In this document: in pieces, positions 8,951 through 21,948 of the stretch
How positions within the stretch are numbered: position 1 is the first letter of the stretch
Layout: every line of letters begins with the position of its first letter
NCBI GenBank assembly: GCA_036560395.1
Contig: DATBRJ010000009.1
Span: 1 to 42,635, forward strand
Origin: Actinomycetes bacterium
GTDB lineage: Bacteria; Actinomycetota; Actinomycetes; JAKEEW01
DNA length: 42,635 nucleotides
Reading direction: 5' to 3'
Program-made: the position numbers and the translations under genes
The notes under the pieces: model-generated
The model's input: the letters and a program-made list of their open reading frames with translations, nothing else
What the model was told of the DNA's origin: nothing
Databases searched by the model: none

Positions 8951-9343
8951 ATGGCGAAGCTCAGCACCGACGACCTGCTTGACGCGTTCAAGGAGATGTC
9001 GCTCATCGAGCTCTCCGAGTTCGTCAAGCAGTTCGAGGACACTTTCGGTGTCACCGCCGCAGCCCCGGTCGCTGTCGCGACCGCGCCGGGTGCTGCCGCG
9101 CTGGGCGCCCCGGCCGAGCCCGAGGAGGAGCAGGACGAGTTCGACGTCGTCCTCGAGGCAGCGGGCGATAAGAAGATCCAGGTCATCAAGGAGGTTCGTA
9201 CTCTCACGAGCCTCGGCCTGAAGGAGGCGAAGGACCTGGTGGAGAGCACCCCGACGGCAGTGCTCGAGAAGGTCAACAAGGAGGCTGCGGAGAAGGCCAA
9301 GGCTGCTCTCGAGGGCGCCGGCGCCACCGTGACCGTCAAGTAG
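8951..9343 (+). CDS. rplL: 50S ribosomal protein L7/L12
   Basis: [34 protein letters not shown], an Ala/Pro hinge, then [36 protein letters not shown]. Confidence 0.97.
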   Translation: MAKLSTDDLLDAFKEMSLIELSEFVKQFEDTFGVTAAAPVAVATAPGAAALGAPAEPEEEQDEFDVVLEAAGDKKIQVIKEVRTLTSLGLKEAKDLVESTPTAVLEKVNKEAAEKAKAALEGAGATVTVK

Positions 9344-9389
9344 CAGAACGGCTCCACGTCCCAGCGTCTGTGCCGAATGCGGCACCCCA

Positions 9390-9422
9390 CGAGGGGCGGC
9401 CATCCCGGGTGGCCGCCCCTCG
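9390..9422 (+). terminator. Intrinsic-terminator-like hairpin after rplL
   Basis: Perfect 13-bp stem CGAGGGGCGGCCA / TGGCCGCCCCTCG with a 7-nt loop tcccggg, 47 nt after the rplL stop. There is no strong U-tract, which is common in high-GC actinobacteria. Confidence 0.65.
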
Positions 9423-9565
9423 GATTCAGAGCGGTCGGGCGGGGTCGGCCGGCCAGTCGGTCGGGCGGGGTCGGTCGGGCCGAGTCAGTCACGCCGACGG
9501 ACCGAGCGGGCTTTCCGCCCTCCGCGATCTGAGAGGCCTGCTGAGCGTTCGGCGAGGGCGCTAGT

Positions 9566-10846
9566 GTGGCGAGCCAAACGAGGGTTCGGGCGGGTGGTTC
9601 GACGCTGATGGCTAGCGAGGGTGCCGCCAGGTCGGCACGCGCCGGCCTCGGGGCGTCCTTCTGGCGGCTGTGGTCCGCCGACACCATCTCCTCCTACGGA
9701 GACGGCATCTCCTTCGCCGCTTTCCCCCTCCTCGCGTCCACGATCACCGCCGATCCGCGGCAGATCGCCCTGGTCAGCGTGGGCGAATACCTGCCGTGGG
9801 TACTCTTCGGCCTGCTGGCCGGCGTCTTCGTCGACCGGGTCGACCGGCGCCGGACGATGTGGGCCGTGGATGCTGCCCGTACTGCCGTTCTTGTTGTGTT
9901 CGCTCTCGCCATCGTGGCCGGTGCCAATACCGTGCTGTTCCTTGCTTTCGTTGCGTTCTTGCTCAGCTCGGGTGGGTTGCTCAGGGACAACGCTGCGAGC
10001 GCGATCCTGCCTTCGGTGGTGGCTACCGATCGGCTCGAACGGGCCAACTCCTGGCTGCAAGGCAGCGTGTTGTTGGGGAATTCGATGATCGGCCCGCCGC
10101 TGGGTGCGGTCCTTTTCAGTCTTGGACATGCTCTGCCGTTCGCGGTGGACGGCCTGACTTTCCTCGCCGCGGCCGGCCTCGTCCTCTCCATGCGAACGAG
10201 GACAGTTGCCGTGTCTGCGGGGGCGTCCCGCCGATCGATCGGCGCAGATTTGCGGGAGGGCCTGGCATGGTTGAGAAACCACGCATTGTTGCGAACGCTC
10301 TGCGTGCTGCTGCTCGTCTTCAACGGCGCCGGAGCCGCGGCGCTTGCGGTTCTGGTGCTATACGCGAAGACCACCCTCGGCCTGGGTCCCATCGGCTACG
10401 GGCTCCTCATATCGACGTATGCGGTCGGCGGCGTCCTGGGTGCAAGCGCCGCATCGCTGGCCCGGCGCTCCCTGGGGCCGTATCCAGCGATCGTGGCGGC
10501 CGTGCTCATGTCCTTTGCCGGCCTGCTCGTGATGGGTCTGACGGTGCGGCCAGTGGTCGCCGCCCTCGGCGTGATAGCCGTCGGCACCGGATCGACGCTG
10601 TGGAACGTCCTCACCGTCTCGTTGCGGCAGCGCTTGGTGCCCGATCAACTCTTGGGCCGGGTCACCGCCGCCTATCGCGTGGTCGGGTTCGCCGCGATGC
10701 CGGTTGGCGCAGTCATCGGAGGATTTGTGGCGCACCGATGGGGCCTTCGTGCGCCCTTCCTCCTGGGCGCAGCCTCGCTCGGCATTGCGGCCATAGCCCT
10801 GCTGCCGATCGTTCATCGCGCTATCGCGCAAACGATCGAGGAATGA
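9566..10846 (+). CDS. MFS-type transporter
   Basis: ORF track, 426 aa, with a hydrophobic multi-helix profile throughout. The opening FWRLWSADTISSYGDGISFAAFPLL is typical of the MFS families that include enterobactin-exporter-like proteins. The start is uncertain (GTG 9566 or ATG 9608). Confidence 0.8.
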   Translation: MASQTRVRAGGSTLMASEGAARSARAGLGASFWRLWSADTISSYGDGISFAAFPLLASTITADPRQIALVSVGEYLPWVLFGLLAGVFVDRVDRRRTMWAVDAARTAVLVVFALAIVAGANTVLFLAFVAFLLSSGGLLRDNAASAILPSVVATDRLERANSWLQGSVLLGNSMIGPPLGAVLFSLGHALPFAVDGLTFLAAAGLVLSMRTRTVAVSAGASRRSIGADLREGLAWLRNHALLRTLCVLLLVFNGAGAAALAVLVLYAKTTLGLGPIGYGLLISTYAVGGVLGASAASLARRSLGPYPAIVAAVLMSFAGLLVMGLTVRPVVAALGVIAVGTGSTLWNVLTVSLRQRLVPDQLLGRVTAAYRVVGFAAMPVGAVIGGFVAHRWGLRAPFLLGAASLGIAAIALLPIVHRAIAQTIEE

Positions 10847-11073
10847 CGCCCGGCCTGCGGTTGTACCCCCGGCCGCTGCCTGAAGGCGCAGGTCGGCTTG
10901 ATGTCCGGGCGGGTGGTTAGGCGATCTTCACACCCGGTTGTGACGAGTTCGCGGGCCGTTTTTGCGGGGTAAAGCGCCTGTAAGTCTTGACGTTTGGCGT
11001 CTCGCGAGACATGCTGCCGACACGCTGTGCGAACGCGTGAGGCACGGGATCCTGGAAAGGTTTGGGACCCCGC

Positions 11074-11102
11074 TCGACAGCGGTGAGCCGATCGGCTACA
11101 CT
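11074..11102 (+). promoter_or_regulatory. Candidate housekeeping-sigma promoter for rpoB
   Basis: TCGACA (11074-11079), a 17-nt spacer, then TACACT (11097-11102, fits TAnnnT). It lies ~90 nt upstream of the rpoB start. A second, weaker candidate is TTGACG(10987)-17-CATGCT. Motif-based only. Confidence 0.3.
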
Positions 11103-11191
11103 GCTATTTTGCGCTGCCCTCCATCTATCCCTTGACACGGGGTCTGATGGCATGCGCGCAGTGAGTCCGCGAGCTTTCGGAAGGACCTCTG

Positions 11192-14100
11192 TTGGCCGCC
11201 TCGCGCAACCTATCAAGCACTACCACCGCACCGCGCCGAATCTCCTTCGCCAAGATCAGGGAACCTCTCGAAGTCCCCAACCTCCTCGCCATTCAGATCG
11301 ACAGTTTCGACTGGCTGCTCGGCAACGAGCGCTGGAAGGCCCGTCTCGAGGCCTCAGCGGCCGAGGGCAAGGAGGATATCCCGACCAAGTCCGGTCTTGA
11401 GGAGATCTTCGAAGAGATCTCCCCCATCGAGGACTTCTCCGGCTCGATGTCGCTGACTTTCCGCGATCATCGCTTCGAGCCGCCGAAGAACTCGATCGAG
11501 GAGTGCAAGGAGCGCGACTTCACCTACTCCGCTCCGCTCTTTGTGACCGCGGAGTTCATGAACAACGAAACCGGCGAGATCAAAAGCCAGACCGTCTTCA
11601 TGGGCGACTTCCCGCTCATGACCGACAAGGGCACCTTCATCATCAACGGCACCGAGCGAGTCGTCGTATCGCAGCTCGTCCGCTCGCCCGGTGTGTATTT
11701 CGACAAGCAGGTCGACAAGACCTCCGACCGCGACATCTTCGGGGCAAAGATCATTCCGTCCCGCGGCGCGTGGCTCGAGCTCGAGATCGACAAGCGCGAC
11801 ATGGTCGGGGTACGCATCGACCGCAAGCGCAAGCAGAGCGTCACCGTGCTCCTCAAGGCCCTCGGCTGGAGCAACGACAAGATCCTCGAGGAGTTTGGGG
11901 ACTACGACTCGATCCGGCAGACCCTGGAGAAGGATCACACCAACGGCCAGGACGAGGCGCTGCTCGACATCTACCGCAAGCTGCGCCCGGGCGAGCCACC
12001 CACCCGGGAGGCGGCGCAGACCCTCCTGGAGAACCTCTACTTCAACCCCAAGCGTTATGACCTCGCCAAGGTCGGCCGCTACAAGGTCAACAAGAAGCTC
12101 GGCCTGCAGGGCGGGCTCGACTCGGGCGTGCTGACCGTCGAGGACATCGTCTCGGCGATCAGGTATCTGGTGGCGCTGCACGCAGGCGAGGCAGAGATCA
12201 AGACCCCGCGCGGCGACCTCAGGGTGGAAGTCGACGACATCGACCACTTCGGCAACCGCCGCTTGCGGACCGTCGGCGAACTCATCCAGAACCAGGTCCG
12301 CACCGGCCTTGCCAGGATGGAGCGCGTCGTCCGCGAGCGGATGACCACGCAGGACGTGGAGGCGATCACACCGCAGACCCTGATCAACATCCGCCCGGTG
12401 GTGGCATCGATCAAGGAGTTCTTCGGCACCTCCCAGCTGTCCCAGTTCATGGATCAGACGAACCCGCTGGCGGGCCTGACCCACAAGCGGCGGCTGTCCG
12501 CGCTCGGCCCCGGGGGTCTGTCCAGGGAGCGGGCCGGTTTCGAAGTCCGTGACGTCCATCCGTCCCACTACGGCCGGATGTGCCCGATCGAAACTCCTGA
12601 GGGTCCGAACATCGGCCTCATCGGCTCACTGTCGACCTACGGCCGGGTGAACCCGTTCGGCTTCGTCGAGACGCCCTACCGCAAGGTCAAGAACGGCAAG
12701 GTCACCGACCAGATTGACTACCTCACCGCCGATGAGGAGGACCTGCACGTCATAGCGCAGGCCAACGCTCCGCTCGGCCGCGATGGTGCCTTCGCCGAGG
12801 ACCGTGTCCTAGTCCGCCAGCGGTTCGGCGAGGTCGACTTCGTCCCTCGTGACGAGGTCGATTACATGGACGTGTCACCGCGGCAGATGGTCTCCGTCGG
12901 GACCGCGATGATTCCGGTCCTCGAGCACGACGACGCCAACCGTGCGCTCATGGGCTCCAACATGCAGCGGCAGGCTGTGCCACTACTGCGGGCAGAGGCG
13001 CCGCTCGTGGGCACCGGCATGGAATACCGCGGTGCCGTGGACGCCGGCGACGTGATCACCGCGGAAAAGGCAGGCGTCGTCCAGGAGTCGTCCGCCGAGT
13101 ACATCTCGGTGGCCAACGACGATGGCACCTACACGACCTACCGCCTGCAGAAGTTCCGCCGCTCCAACCAGGGCACCTGCATCAACCAGAAGCCGATCGT
13201 GGAGGAGGGCAGCCGGGTCGAGGTCGGCCAGGTCATCGCCGACGGGCCTTGCACGGACAACGGTGAGATGGCGCTCGGCAAGAACCTTCTTGTCGCGTTC
13301 ATGCCATGGGAAGGCCACAACTACGAGGACGCGATCATCCTGTCGTCCCGCCTGGTCGAACAGGACGTCCTCTCCTCGATCCACATCGAGGAACACGAGG
13401 TCGACGCCCGCGACACGAAGCTCGGCCCGGAGGAGATCACCCGGGACATCCCGAACGTCTCCGAGGAGGTCCTCGCCGACCTCGACGAACGCGGCATCAT
13501 TCGCATCGGCGCCGAGGTGACCAACGGCGACATCCTGGTTGGCAAGGTCACTCCAAAGGGCGAAACCGAGCTGACCCCGGAAGAGCGGCTGCTTCGCGCC
13601 ATCTTCGGCGAGAAGGCCCGCGAGGTGCGTGACACCAGCCTCAAGGTGCCCCACGGTGAAGAGGGCAAGGTCATCGGTGTACGGCTGTTCGACCGTGAGG
13701 AGGGCGACGAGCTGCCGCCCGGCGTCAACCAGCTGGTGCGCGTCTACGTCGCGCAGAAGCGGAAGATCACCGATGGTGACAAGCTCGCCGGCCGGCATGG
13801 CAACAAGGGCGTCATCGCCAAGATCCTCCCCGTGGAAGATATGCCGTTCCTCGAGGACGGCACTCCGGTCGACGTCATCCTCAACCCGATGGGTGTGCCG
13901 AGCCGGATGAATCTCGGCCAGGTGCTGGAGACTCATCTCGGCTGGGTCGCGAGCTCCGGGTGGCAGGTCGAGGGCAAGCCCGCGTGGGCTGCTCAGCTGC
14001 CCACGGACGCCCGTACTGCCGAACCAGGAACCAGGGTGGCCAGCCCGGTCTTCGACGGCGCTGACGAAGAGGAGATCACCGGTCTCCTTTCGTCAGCCTT

Positions 14101-14653
14101 GCCGACTCGCGATGGTGAGCGGTTGGTCGGTCCAGACGGCAAGGCCAAGATGTACGACGGCCGCACCGGTGAGCCGTTCGAGTTTCCCGTAGCTGTCGGC
14201 TACATCTACATCCTCAAGCTCCTCCACCTGGTCGACGACAAGATCCACGCTCGCTCGACCGGTCCCTACTCGATGATCACGCAGCAGCCGCTGGGCGGTA
14301 AGGCCCAGTTCGGTGGGCAGCGGTTCGGCGAGATGGAGGTCTGGGCGCTCGAGGCCTATGGCGCGGCCTACGCACTGCAGGAGTTGCTCACTATCAAGTC
14401 GGACGACGTCCTGGGCCGGGTGAAGGTCTACGAGGCGATCGTCAAGGGAGAGAACATCCCGGAGCCGGGAATCCCGGAGTCCTTCAAAGTGCTCATTAAG
14501 GAGATGCAGTCGCTGTGCCTCAACGTCGAGGTGCTTTCCAGCGACGGCATGTCCATCGAGATGCGCGAGACCGACGAGGACGTCTTCCGTGCCGCAGAGG
14601 AGCTCGGGATCGACCTGTCCCGTCGAGAGCCGAGCAGCGTCGAGGAAGTCTGA
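11192..14653 (+). CDS. rpoB: DNA-directed RNA polymerase beta subunit
   Basis: ORF track, 1153 aa, TTG start after GGAAGGA. Contains the rifampicin-cluster sequence [38 protein letters not shown] and other conserved beta-subunit blocks. Confidence 0.98.
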   Translation: MAASRNLSSTTTAPRRISFAKIREPLEVPNLLAIQIDSFDWLLGNERWKARLEASAAEGKEDIPTKSGLEEIFEEISPIEDFSGSMSLTFRDHRFEPPKNSIEECKERDFTYSAPLFVTAEFMNNETGEIKSQTVFMGDFPLMTDKGTFIINGTERVVVSQLVRSPGVYFDKQVDKTSDRDIFGAKIIPSRGAWLELEIDKRDMVGVRIDRKRKQSVTVLLKALGWSNDKILEEFGDYDSIRQTLEKDHTNGQDEALLDIYRKLRPGEPPTREAAQTLLENLYFNPKRYDLAKVGRYKVNKKLGLQGGLDSGVLTVEDIVSAIRYLVALHAGEAEIKTPRGDLRVEVDDIDHFGNRRLRTVGELIQNQVRTGLARMERVVRERMTTQDVEAITPQTLINIRPVVASIKEFFGTSQLSQFMDQTNPLAGLTHKRRLSALGPGGLSRERAGFEVRDVHPSHYGRMCPIETPEGPNIGLIGSLSTYGRVNPFGFVETPYRKVKNGKVTDQIDYLTADEEDLHVIAQANAPLGRDGAFAEDRVLVRQRFGEVDFVPRDEVDYMDVSPRQMVSVGTAMIPVLEHDDANRALMGSNMQRQAVPLLRAEAPLVGTGMEYRGAVDAGDVITAEKAGVVQESSAEYISVANDDGTYTTYRLQKFRRSNQGTCINQKPIVEEGSRVEVGQVIADGPCTDNGEMALGKNLLVAFMPWEGHNYEDAIILSSRLVEQDVLSSIHIEEHEVDARDTKLGPEEITRDIPNVSEEVLADLDERGIIRIGAEVTNGDILVGKVTPKGETELTPEERLLRAIFGEKAREVRDTSLKVPHGEEGKVIGVRLFDREEGDELPPGVNQLVRVYVAQKRKITDGDKLAGRHGNKGVIAKILPVEDMPFLEDGTPVDVILNPMGVPSRMNLGQVLETHLGWVASSGWQVEGKPAWAAQLPTDARTAEPGTRVASPVFDGADEEEITGLLSSALPTRDGERLVGPDGKAKMYDGRTGEPFEFPVAVGYIYILKLLHLVDDKIHARSTGPYSMITQQPLGGKAQFGGQRFGEMEVWALEAYGAAYALQELLTIKSDDVLGRVKVYEAIVKGENIPEPGIPESFKVLIKEMQSLCLNVEVLSSDGMSIEMRETDEDVFRAAEELGIDLSRREPSSVEEV

Positions 14654-14697
14654 GACCCGAGGACCGACGAAACACCCCATCCGAGAGCCACTGATGA

Positions 14698-14803
14698 CAG
14701 AGCACTGACAACACAGAGCACTGACAACAATGGAGCACTGACAAACAGGGCGACCAACGACACGGCACCTAGCGACAGAACACCTAAAGACAGAACACCT
14801 AAA
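14698..14803 (+). repeat. Tandem repeats in the rpoB-rpoC spacer
   Basis: cagagcactgacaaca occurs twice perfectly (14698-14713, 14714-14729) with a degenerate third copy to ~14747. gacagaacacctaaa occurs twice perfectly (14774-14788, 14789-14803). Confidence 0.9.
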
Positions 14804-14980
14804 CCAGAGCAACGAGAGACTGAGCAACTAGCGAAGACAACGGAACGAGAGAAGACAGCAAAGCTGCACCTAGCCCGGGTTACGCCCGTGTCGAGGGACA
14901 GCCACCGAATTCCGGGGTTCCGACAGGGGCTTTCGAGCCCATCCGCCAGAAGGCCCCAGTCGGGTAAGGGAAGGATTCAC

Positions 14981-18859
<3,879 letters not shown>

Positions 18860-18876
18860 TACCTGGTAACAACGAG

Positions 18877-18909
18877 AGTGCGGGCCGCCCTGATAGGGCG
18901 GCCCGCACT
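18877..18909 (+). terminator. Intrinsic terminator after rpoC
   Basis: Perfect 14-bp stem AGTGCGGGCCGCCC / GGGCGGCCCGCACT with loop tgata, 18 nt after the stop. It is followed by gcttggttgtcccttt. Confidence 0.75.
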
Positions 18910-19454
18910 GCTTGGTTGTCCCTTTCAGCCCGCACGCGCGCCCTAACGTGTGTCAACCGGAAAGGGCACCAGAAGCGAATTCGCCGGCGGGACACCAATC
19001 CACAGCTCGAGCCACATCAGAAGCACGGCCAGTGGGCGCATAAACCGCCGCAGTTGTAGCAATCGGCTCGCCACAGGAGCGCCGACCTCGGGCTAGTGGT
19101 GCCGGTCGGCAGGCCGCAGTGATGCCGTCCCCGCCCGCTCGGGCTCCTTCGTCGCCCTCGTTTTACGCCCGACCACACCCCGGACGCCATCCCTCCGGCC
19201 TGCCTCCCTCGGCCGGGGGCAGCTGGTCTGTGCGCCAGGCGCGTGCACAGACGAACATGGCCAACGCTGCTCCGACGAGATGATAGGGCTACTTCGTCCG
19301 GTCTTGTGCGTTAGTTAGCTGTGTGCCTCTGTTCGCTTTTGCTGAGTGTGCGTTCACGCAGGGTGGAGTGTCGACGCGCTCGTGATTCCAGGCGGCGAGT
19401 CGCCTTTGCTCGCACAATCCTTGCATTGCGCGTTCTCGCGCGCCGGCCGGTAGG

Positions 19455-19763
19455 TCACTCCGGCAGTCCCTTGCCGCCGATGGGGCGGATCTCGATCTGC
19501 TCCGGCATGCCTTCGAGTAGGGGCAACGCCTGCTCCACGAACGGTCGCAGCTCTGGCTGCTTCAGAGCGGCCTCGTGATCTTCACGGCTGGTCCACAGGT
19601 CCGTCACCCACAGCACGTTGGCGTCTTGGGCGGATTCGCTGACCACCGAGAAGATGCACGCAGCGTTGTCGTCGAACAGCTTGCCTGACTCGATCACTAT
19701 CTGTGCCACCCGGTCGCGCTGGCCAGGCTTGGCGGTGAGCTTGTTGATGAGTGCGTATGGCAT
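19455..19763 (-). CDS. ABM-domain (antibiotic biosynthesis monooxygenase / YgiN-like) protein
   Basis: Track ORF 19455..19811. ATG 19763 gives MPYALINKLTAKPGQRDRVAQIV...VLWVTDLWTSREDHEAALKQPELRPFVEQALPLL, about 100 aa with a ferredoxin-like ABM pattern. The start choice is uncertain. Confidence 0.7.
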   Translation of the reverse strand: MPYALINKLTAKPGQRDRVAQIVIESGKLFDDNAACIFSVVSESAQDANVLWVTDLWTSREDHEAALKQPELRPFVEQALPLLEGMPEQIEIRPIGGKGLPE

Positions 19764-19900
19764 TCGCCCGAGCGTAGTGTCTCGCCGAGGTGGACCGCTG
19801 CCCGTGCTCACTGTGCGATCACTGGCGGGTGGGTGGCGCGATCCGCTAGCAGCCGCCAGTGATCATGAAGCCATCAGCTCTTAGCCGACTGTTTCCCGGT

Positions 19901-19968
19901 GGACCTGCCGTGAGGCGGGATCGAGGTATGGCACTGGACCTGCCGTGAGGCAGGATCGAGGTATGGCA
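19901..19968 (+). repeat. 35-bp-period tandem duplication of the ribosome-binding/start region of the downstream gene
   Basis: ggacctgccgtgaggcGggatcgaggtatggca (19901-19933) and ggacctgccgtgaggcAggatcgaggtatggca (19936-19968) match at 32/33 positions and are separated by ct. Confidence 0.9.
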
Positions 19969-20262
19969 GATGAGGCCGACAAGCGCACCGACATCGAAAA
20001 GCTGCTCGCTGAGGTCGACAGTGTGGTCGACGGTAAACCCGCGCGTGACAGCGGGTCTGGTGGGCGCCGCCCCGCGGACTCCTTCGGGGCGAGAACGACA
20101 GCGCGCGCTCGTGCCGCTGCCGTGTCGGGTGTGGTGGCCGCAGTCATCGTCTGGGTGATCTTCGCCGTACTACCCTTCTTTGGGGCGTTCTCCGGCGCGG
20201 CTGGCGCCTTCCTGGCGACCTTCGCCACCGTCCTGCTGCTGCGGCGGCGTGGCTTGAGCTAG
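19963..20262 (+). CDS. Small membrane protein, unknown function (charged N-terminus plus two predicted TM helices)
   Basis: Track ORF 19945..20262. ATG 19963 gives MADEADKRTDIEKLLAEVDSVVDGK...AAVSGVVAAVIVWVIFAVLPFFGAFSGAAGAFLATFATVLLLRRRGLS. Third-position G+C is high. I recognise no family. Confidence 0.5.
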   Translation: MADEADKRTDIEKLLAEVDSVVDGKPARDSGSGGRRPADSFGARTTARARAAAVSGVVAAVIVWVIFAVLPFFGAFSGAAGAFLATFATVLLLRRRGLS

Positions 20263-20465
20263 CTGCGGTTCCATCCCGTGCAGCGTGGGATCCGGGGGAC
20301 CAGCGCAGAGCCGAGAGGCATCACGCGCTGAAGTGCTCGATTCTGTCTTGGCACCACGATCTGCTGTGGCGCGCGGAGGATCTGTCGATCGCCAGAGACC
20401 ACCGCCGTGGTTCAGCGCCTGGGGTCAATGCCCGCGGTTCAAACTGCCCGCCGGGGGTCGAGCCG

Positions 20466-21557
20466 TTATCCGGACTCGGGAAGCCGGAGGACAGCGTCGA
20501 CATGGAGGTATCGACCGAGATCCGCCGCCTCTTGCTCGAGATGGGGCAACACTGCCCGACCGAGCGGCCGGAAGGGCTCGATGTCGATGGTTACCCGCTC
20601 GCGTTCCCGCCGCTGGCGCCAGGTTCCGACTACTCGCCCGTCGACGACGACGGTGGGCTGAATGAACCCGCCGCCAGCCTGCACACGCTTGGCGAAGGCC
20701 GGATCGAGGGCGAACTCCCGGTCGCGATAGTCGAGCAGGTACGGGTCGAAATGGCCAAGCAGCAGGGCGACGCGGGCATGCGGCTCTCGCCGCCGGTCAG
20801 GACGCAGCCACGCCTTGCCGACGCCAGTGGCGATCTCCTCGAACTCCTCTACTACGAGTTCGATCGCCCTCCTAGCCTGCCGGACCGGAAGTCCCGACCA
20901 GGTGGCGAAGTCCTCGACGCCGGCCGGACCATGTGCCGTCAGGTAGCGCCGGGCGAGTTCGGCCAAACCCTCGTGCGGACCGAGCTTTCGTTGAGCGGTG
21001 ACCCACTCATTGACTAGGGCGTACGTCGGCTCGTTGCCTCGGTCTGGCCCCCGGCAGATCACACCGCGCATCGCCGCGTAGGCCACCAGGTGCGCTGGCG
21101 CCTGCCCGCCCTGCACGGGGACGCCGCGGGCGCGGACCTCCTCGACGAGCGCAGCGCGAGAGAGCTGCCTCCCGGCCAGAAGCGCCACCATGACTTCCGT
21201 GGCGTCCTCGCACAGGTCGTCCGGAAGCCCCAGCTGGCGGCGTCGGGGCCGATTGCGGGCGATGAAGGTCGGACCGAGGAGATCGACGAGCCAGCGCAGA
21301 TCCTCCGCAGCCACCATATGGAGGGTGCCCCGCATCGCCCAGGTACGGGCCACCGAGGCATCTTGACACGCGCGGTCTACCGAGGCGGCGTCGACACCCA
21401 ACGTTCGCGGGCGGACCAGCAGCCGGGTCATCCGGGTGTCTTGAGCTTGCAGCCCGACCATATGCCGGACGAGGTCTGGCACCGAGTTCCTGATCGGAGC
21501 GGTCAGCCGCTGGGCCCGCATCCGCAGCGATCTGATGCGCTGCTCGTCGACGCGCAC
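20466..21557 (-). CDS. Winged-helix AlkZ/YcaQ-like (HTH_42) putative DNA glycosylase
   Basis: ORF track, 363 aa. N-terminal RMRAQRLTAP...LVRHMVGLQAQD (Q-A-Q motif). C-terminal HFDPYLLDYRDREFALDPAFAKRVQAGGGFIQPTVVVDGRVVGTWR is characteristic of this family as I recall it. The GTG start lies 1 nt after the VOC stop. Confidence 0.7.
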   Translation of the reverse strand: MRVDEQRIRSLRMRAQRLTAPIRNSVPDLVRHMVGLQAQDTRMTRLLVRPRTLGVDAASVDRACQDASVARTWAMRGTLHMVAAEDLRWLVDLLGPTFIARNRPRRRQLGLPDDLCEDATEVMVALLAGRQLSRAALVEEVRARGVPVQGGQAPAHLVAYAAMRGVICRGPDRGNEPTYALVNEWVTAQRKLGPHEGLAELARRYLTAHGPAGVEDFATWSGLPVRQARRAIELVVEEFEEIATGVGKAWLRPDRRREPHARVALLLGHFDPYLLDYRDREFALDPAFAKRVQAGGGFIQPTVVVDGRVVGTWRQRRERERVTIDIEPFRPLGRAVLPHLEQEAADLGRYLHVDAVLRLPESG

Positions 21558-21558
21558 C

Positions 21559-21948
21559 TTACGAGGCCGGCGTCTCCTCGATCACGGACATGATGTTGCC
21601 CGCCGGGTCCCTGAACCAGGCGATGCTTGGTCCTTGGTCCCGCGCGATGCCCTTCTCGTCCTGGCCGAAGCCCTCGTACTTCTCGAAGCTGACGCCCCTG
21701 GCGGTCAGCTCGTCGACGATCTTGTCGATGTCGTCGACCGGGAAGTTGAGGATCGTGTATGTCGCCGGCGTGAAGTCAGGCTTCTGGTACACGAGGATCG
21801 GTCGCTCCCCTCCCACGTGGAGTTCGAGCAGCCCGTTCTGGGCATCCAGGTCGGAGACTCTCAGTCCGAGCGTCTCTGTGTAGAACTGCTTGGCCCGGGC
21901 CACGTCGTCGACGGCGAAGCCGCTGTAAGCCTTGCTGTTTGCGAGCAT
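21559..21948 (-). CDS. VOC-family (glyoxalase / bleomycin-resistance / dioxygenase fold) protein
   Basis: Track ORF 21559..22020. ATG 21948 follows GAAAGGAG with a 4-nt spacer. MLANSKAYSGFAVDDVARAKQFYTETLGLRV...ILNFPVDDIDKIVDELTARGVSFEKY...AWFRDPAGNIMSVIE is a typical paired beta-alpha-beta-beta-beta module. Confidence 0.8.
   Translation of the reverse strand: MLANSKAYSGFAVDDVARAKQFYTETLGLRVSDLDAQNGLLELHVGGERPILVYQKPDFTPATYTILNFPVDDIDKIVDELTARGVSFEKYEGFGQDEKGIARDQGPSIAWFRDPAGNIMSVIEETPAS

Noticed and set aside
9670-10920. 416-aa ORF in an alternative frame of the MFS gene
   Set aside because: It is R/P/G-rich with no hydrophobic periodicity. The 9566..10846 frame gives a coherent multi-TM transporter.
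11354-13936. 404-aa and 317-aa ORFs antisense to rpoB (11354..12568, 12983..13936)
   Set aside because: Antisense artefacts of G+C-rich codon usage inside a clearly real gene.
18943-19258. Two short minus-strand ORFs (32 aa at 19041..18943; 31 aa starting at 19258) in the gap after rpoC
   Set aside because: They have weak or absent SD, mediocre third-position G+C and no recognisable family. They are mentioned in a finding but not called as genes.
20285-20665. 126-aa + strand ORF between the small membrane protein gene and the AlkZ-like gene
   Set aside because: Most of it is antisense to the AlkZ-like 3' end. It is R/G/A-rich, with no SD and no motif.
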